Source of the DNA: Candidatus Moraniibacteriota bacterium
Lineage (GTDB): Bacteria; Patescibacteriota; Minisyncoccia; Moranbacterales; GCA-2747515
Assembly (NCBI GenBank): GCA_023133275.1
Contig: JAGLWU010000002.1
Location: 2,440-66,439, forward strand
DNA: 64,000 nt
Direction of reading: 5' to 3'
Below are positions 60,300 to 64,000 of this stretch, piece by piece. Within the stretch, counting starts at the first letter, position 1. Each line of letters begins with the position of its first letter. The translations under genes and the position numbers were made by a program. Below the pieces are notes generated by a model that was given only the letters and a program-made list of their open reading frames with translations, did no database searches and had not been told where the DNA came from.

Positions 60300-60327
60300 T
60301 CTATTTGTTGGGTTTTTGTTAAATTCT

Positions 60328-60565
60328 TTGTTCCACGTGGAACAATTGTGATAAAAAAAGGTATAATTGTTCCACGTGGAACATTAAAATATATTTAAAA
60401 CAAAAAATTGTTCCACGTGGAACAATTTTTGGTATTTATTAGTTTTATTTGAATTAGTGAATAGTTTTCGTAGCAAACGGTTTGAAACCGTTCACCACAA
60501 TAATTATAAGAAATTTATTAATTTTGTTGTCTCTTTTTTTATATATTTTGTTCCACGTGGAACAA
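60328..60565. promoter_or_regulatory. array of four 18-bp palindromes TTGTTCCACGTGGAACAA (three perfect, one 17/18), candidate operator/iteron sites
   Basis: Copies at 60328-60345, 60367-60383, 60408-60425 and 60548-60565. Spacings 39, 41 and 140 bp. Confidence 0.55.
60470..60498. repeat. REP-like hairpin 7 (GTAGCAAACGGTTT g AAACCGTTcacc), degenerate
   Basis: GTAG head and an AAACGGTTT/AAACCGTTT stem, sitting between palindrome copies 3 and 4. Confidence 0.4.
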
Positions 60566-60590
60566 TTTGAGTATTCAATTTACAAATGAT

Positions 60591-61073
60591 CTATTTTTTC
60601 CATTTATTCATTGAAACAAATAATTTTCGATGTGTGATAAAAATTAATACCATTCCGGAAGCAAATATTAACCAAAATATTGCAATTGAAAATGGCCAGA
60701 TAGGTGCATTTAAATGTATTTTTTCAGTTTTACTGCTTAATTTATCTTTTATTAAAACAGTATTAAATGGTGTAACACTATAAATTTTGTTATCTGTTTT
60801 AAAATAATTCTTCTGAGTCATGTGGTATTTTAATTGTAATTCTTTCTGATTAAATTCTTTTTCTTGAGAAATTAGACTGCCTTTATTAAAAACAAAATAA
60901 TTACCATTAGAATCTACAACTACTCCATTTTTACCATTAAGAGGGGTTTTTGTAATTTCGTGAGATCTTCCTTGAAATGAGTTTGATACAAAACCTATAA
61001 GCCCAAATAAAGCTAGAAAAAAACCAAATAAGGTTAGAACAGTTTTAAAGACTACTTTGTTAGTTAAAATCAT
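60591..61073 (-). CDS. hypothetical two-TM membrane protein
   Basis: 160 aa with N- and C-terminal TM helices. Divergent from nrdD. Confidence 0.45.
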   Translation of the reverse strand: MILTNKVVFKTVLTLFGFFLALFGLIGFVSNSFQGRSHEITKTPLNGKNGVVVDSNGNYFVFNKGSLISQEKEFNQKELQLKYHMTQKNYFKTDNKIYSVTPFNTVLIKDKLSSKTEKIHLNAPIWPFSIAIFWLIFASGMVLIFITHRKLFVSMNKWKK

Positions 61074-61322
61074 AGAAAGTTTATATTAAAATTTATTATT
61101 GATAATTCAATTATACTATCATTTAAAACTTAAATCAAACAAATATTACAAAATGTCAACAAAAACCCAGTTGTAGTCAACATTCACAATAAACCACAAC
61201 ATATAGTATATTTCCCAATTCTTGTGGATATGTCTACAATATTCACCAAAAAAAGTATGCTATAATAATTTCAAGTAAGTAAGGGCAATCCCCTTTATTT
61301 TTTTAACTAAAAAACACAAACT

Positions 61323-63392
61323 ATGGGAATACATAAAATAAAAAAACGTAATGGCAATGTAGTAGATTTCGATATCTCAAAAATAGAAAGTGCGATCGAA
61401 AAAGCCTTTTTAGCGACAGGAATAAAAGACGATTCAAGTAAAATTTGTGAAAAAGTTTATGCAGAATTAAAAGAAAAATATAAAGATAGCGTTCCTACCG
61501 TTGAAGAAATCCAAGATGCTGTAGAAGATATTCTAATTAAAGAGGATTATGTTGAAACTGCTAAGTCATACATTCTTTACCGTCAAAAAAGAATCGAGGA
61601 TCGAGCGGATGAAAATGTGATGGTGGATGTAGAAAAAACCATGGGAGAATACCTCGATCGATTGGACTGGCGAGTTGATGCTAATTCAAATCAAGGATAT
61701 TCATTGGGAGGTATGATTCTTAACACTTCTGGAAAAGTTACTGCTAATTATTGGTTATCTCACATTTATCCAAAATCTGTGGGCGAAGCTCATCGTAATG
61801 CTGACATTTACATTCATGATTTAGATTTTTTTGCTGGATATTGTGCAGGATGGAGTTTACGAGCTTTATTAGAAGAAGGCTTTAACGGTGTGAACAATAA
61901 AATTGAATCTAAACCGCCAGAGCATCTTTCTAGTGCAGTTTCTCAAATGGTTAATTTTTTAGGAACTTTGCAAAATGAGTGGGCTGGAGCACAAGCCTTT
62001 TCTAGTTTTGACACATATTTAGCACCTTTTGTCAAGAAGCGAGAACTGGAAATTAGAGATGATATTGAAAATTTTGAAATAGAATTTGAATCAGAAGAGA
62101 AAAAAGAAAAATATATTGCTAAAATTCTTGAAAAATACGTTTATCAAAGTGTTCAGTCATTTGTTTTTAATTTGAATATTCCATCAAGGTGGGGGAATCA
62201 AACTCCTTTTACTAATATTACTTTGGACTGGACTTGCCCTGAAGATTTGAAAGAAAAAAGATTATTATTAGGTGGAAAGCCATTTAAGTATACTTTCGGT
62301 GAGTTAAAAAAAGAAATGGATATTGTTAATAAAGCTTTTATTAAAGTGATGACGAATGGAGATGCCAAAGGACGAACTTTTACTTTTCCAATTCCAACTT
62401 ATAATATTACTAAAGATTTTGATTGGGATGATCAAAAAGTTTTACCACTTTTTGAAATGACTGCTAAATATGGAACTCCTTATTTCCAAAATTTCATTAA
62501 TTCTGATTTAAATCCAAGTGATGTGCGGTCAATGTGTTGCCGTTTACAGTTAGATTTAAAAGAATTGCGAAAAAGAGGTGGAGGATTATTCGGTTCAGCG
62601 GAAATGACAGGTTCAGTCGGGGTTGTTGATGTTAATATAGCTAGAATTGGTTACACTTTTGCTGGAGACAAAGAAGGTTTTTTTGCTAGAATTAAAGAAT
62701 TAATGGAATTAGGGAAAACATCTTTAGAAATTAAAAGAAAAGTTATTCAAAAATGGATGGATCGTGGTTTATTTCCCTACACAAAACGTTATTTAGGAAA
62801 ATTGGACAGTCATTTTTCAACCATTGGAGTGAACGGAATTAATGAGGCAATTCGAAACTTTACTAAAGATAAAGAAAATATTACTACAGAATATGGTCAA
62901 GAATTTGCTAAAGAAGTCCTTGATTTTACTAGAAATATTTTGTCTGAATTTCAAGAAGAGACTGGTAATATGTATAATTTGGAAGCTAGCCCGGGAGAGG
63001 GTGCAACTTATCGTTTTGCTAAAGAAGATCAAAAAAAGTTTAAAGATAGTATTCAAGCGGGAACTGAAGATGCACCTTATTACACTAATTCTTCGCAAAT
63101 TCCTGTTGGTTATACGGATGATGTGTTTGAAGCTTTGGATTTACAGGATGAATTGCAGACGAAATACACTGGTGGAACAGTTTTTCATGCTTATATGAGT
63201 GAAAAGATTAGTTCAGGTGAATCCTGTCGTGATTTAGTGAAAAAGATTTTGACTAATTATCATCTCCCGTATCTTACAATTACTCCAACTTTTTCTATTT
63301 GCCCCAAGCATGGTTATTTAAAAGGAGAGCATGAATTTTGTCCAAAGTGTGATGAGGAATTGGGTATTATGGATGGTGAAATAGTTGATTAA
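61323..63392 (+). CDS. nrdD: anaerobic ribonucleoside-triphosphate reductase NrdD (class III), lacking its glycyl-radical tail
   Basis: ATP-cone (KIKKRNGNVVDFDISKIESAIEKAF), core, C-terminal zinc site CPKHG...CPKCDEE. Ends with TAA exactly where the RVxGY strand would begin. Confidence 0.9.
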   Translation: MGIHKIKKRNGNVVDFDISKIESAIEKAFLATGIKDDSSKICEKVYAELKEKYKDSVPTVEEIQDAVEDILIKEDYVETAKSYILYRQKRIEDRADENVMVDVEKTMGEYLDRLDWRVDANSNQGYSLGGMILNTSGKVTANYWLSHIYPKSVGEAHRNADIYIHDLDFFAGYCAGWSLRALLEEGFNGVNNKIESKPPEHLSSAVSQMVNFLGTLQNEWAGAQAFSSFDTYLAPFVKKRELEIRDDIENFEIEFESEEKKEKYIAKILEKYVYQSVQSFVFNLNIPSRWGNQTPFTNITLDWTCPEDLKEKRLLLGGKPFKYTFGELKKEMDIVNKAFIKVMTNGDAKGRTFTFPIPTYNITKDFDWDDQKVLPLFEMTAKYGTPYFQNFINSDLNPSDVRSMCCRLQLDLKELRKRGGGLFGSAEMTGSVGVVDVNIARIGYTFAGDKEGFFARIKELMELGKTSLEIKRKVIQKWMDRGLFPYTKRYLGKLDSHFSTIGVNGINEAIRNFTKDKENITTEYGQEFAKEVLDFTRNILSEFQEETGNMYNLEASPGEGATYRFAKEDQKKFKDSIQAGTEDAPYYTNSSQIPVGYTDDVFEALDLQDELQTKYTGGTVFHAYMSEKISSGESCRDLVKKILTNYHLPYLTITPTFSICPKHGYLKGEHEFCPKCDEELGIMDGEIVD

Positions 63393-63473
63393 AAAATAGT
63401 GAAAAAACATAAAAGTACGGAAGCACATCGTTAAAAAATTTAAAAAATAATTTATAATTAATATAAAAATAAT

Positions 63474-63641
63474 ATGCAAAATGCAAAGCGAACTCGTTGT
63501 GAGGTTTGGACAAGAGTGATGGGATATTTTCGTCCAGTTTCATTCTTTAATATTGGGAAGAAATCTGAACATAGAGGTAGAAAACATTTTGAGGAATGTG
63601 TTTGTGCTAACAAGGATTTTAGTGAGAAGTATTCTGATTAA
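63474..63641 (+). CDS. stand-alone NrdD glycyl-radical domain (55 aa), in frame with nrdD after an 81-nt spacer carrying stop codons
   Basis: MQNAKRTRCEVWTRVMGYFRPVSFFNIGKKSEHRGRKH aligns with the E. coli NrdD tail TRRVCGYLGSPDARPFNAGKQEEVKRRVKH. Followed by a terminator. Confidence 0.7.
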   Translation: MQNAKRTRCEVWTRVMGYFRPVSFFNIGKKSEHRGRKHFEECVCANKDFSEKYSD

Positions 63642-63654
63642 ATAAAAGATGGTT

Positions 63655-63686
63655 AAAAAAACCCCGCTAAATAGCGGGGTTTTTTA
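63655..63686 (+). terminator. intrinsic terminator (AAAAAACCCCGCT aaat AGCGGGGTTTTTT)
   Basis: Read directly. Confidence 0.65.
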
Positions 63687-63863
63687 ATTTTAGATTTCAA
63701 AAAATAATTATTTCTGAGACAATACATTAACCTTACCGTTCTCATCATTTTATTTGAAAACAGAATATTTCAATGAAAAGTTATTTTACAGTCTATTCGC
63801 TATCCAAACAATTAAAAAATAAATTATTGAATATTAGAATTTTCTATTATTAAACAAAATTAA

Positions 63864-64000
63864 AAAAACGCATTATTTGCGTTCTCTTAATCCAAACTTT
63901 TTCAATATTTTTTTGTAAGTCTTTGGTTCATTATCTGCCAAATAATCCAAAAGCTTCTTTCGTTTAGACACCATTTTCAACAAACCTCGTCGAGAATGAA
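63864..64000 (-). CDS. rpsO: 30S ribosomal protein S15, C-terminal part (gene continues beyond the right edge)
   Basis: HSRRGLLKMVSKRKKLLDYLADNEPKTYKKILKKFGLRERK matches the S15 C-terminus [20 protein letters not shown]...LGLRR. Confidence 0.8.

Noticed and set aside
60328-60565. Considered whether the four TTGTTCCACGTGGAACAA copies form a CRISPR mini-array
   Set aside because: The repeats are perfect palindromes of only 18 bp, the intervening spacers are only 17-23 bp, the fourth copy is 140 bp away, and no cas genes are nearby. Operator or iteron sites fit better.
60328-60565. Considered an oriC/DnaA-box cluster for the palindromes
   Set aside because: TGTTCCACG matches the DnaA box TTATCCACA at only 6/9 positions, and no dnaA, dnaN or AT-rich unwinding-element organisation is adjacent.
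1-64000. Considered an alternative genetic code (UGA sense, as in some CPR lineages)
   Set aside because: Long conserved proteins (EF-G, FtsH, NrdD, PBP2, VirB4) are intact in standard-code ORFs and end at the expected positions.

Overview
This 64-kb window is a very AT-rich (about 30% GC) bacterial chromosome segment with compact same-strand gene blocks. I infer a CPR/Patescibacteria-like genome; that is an inference from composition and gene content, not something I can prove. The standard genetic code is in use: EF-G, FtsH and NrdD read as long intact ORFs, and TAG/TAA terminate confident genes.

Core genes recognised:
- Minus-strand dnaG-rpoD operon beside tRNA-Asn.
- A str-like operon (rpsL-rpsG ... 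fusA) with two extra membrane-protein genes inserted between rpsG and fusA.
- mreC-mreD-mrdA (PBP2), pyrG, rplI, yidC-jag, a glycan cluster (flippase, GT2, two O-antigen-ligase-like proteins), an S1 protein plus cmk, tilS-ftsH, nrdD and a partial rpsO.
- Four tRNAs: Asn-GTT, Gly-TCC, Pro-TGG and Val-GAC. No rRNA or CRISPR array.

Accessory content:
- A tRNA-Val-anchored defence island on the minus strand: a DUF262(DGQQR)-HNH nuclease, a Fic protein, and a minimal CBASS-like pair (cGAS/DncV-like nucleotidyltransferase plus a 2TM beta-rich, Cap15-like effector) that is co-operonic with an M.EcoRI-family-like methyltransferase.
- A T4SS-like cluster next to tRNA-Pro: a PrgI-like protein, a VirB4 ATPase, membrane proteins and a 955-aa Cys-rich surface protein.
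- A tRNA-Asn-linked island remnant: a truncated large serine recombinase, an AAA ATPase, and a GC-richer unknown ORF flanked by about 83-bp direct repeats.
- A REP-associated tyrosine transposase (RAYT) inactivated by an in-frame TAG, plus a dispersed family of GTAG-headed REP hairpins. Two of these sit inside the loops of another repeat element.
- Several modular intergenic repeat families: TGTCATYCNGA hairpin elements, a 20-bp CAAGGGGTCATGACCCCTTG palindrome with compensatory substitutions, and arrays of TCTA phased every 8 bp.
- Four perfect 18-bp palindromes, TTGTTCCACGTGGAACAA.
- nrdD whose glycyl-radical tail is encoded as a separate in-frame small ORF after an 81-nt stop-containing spacer.
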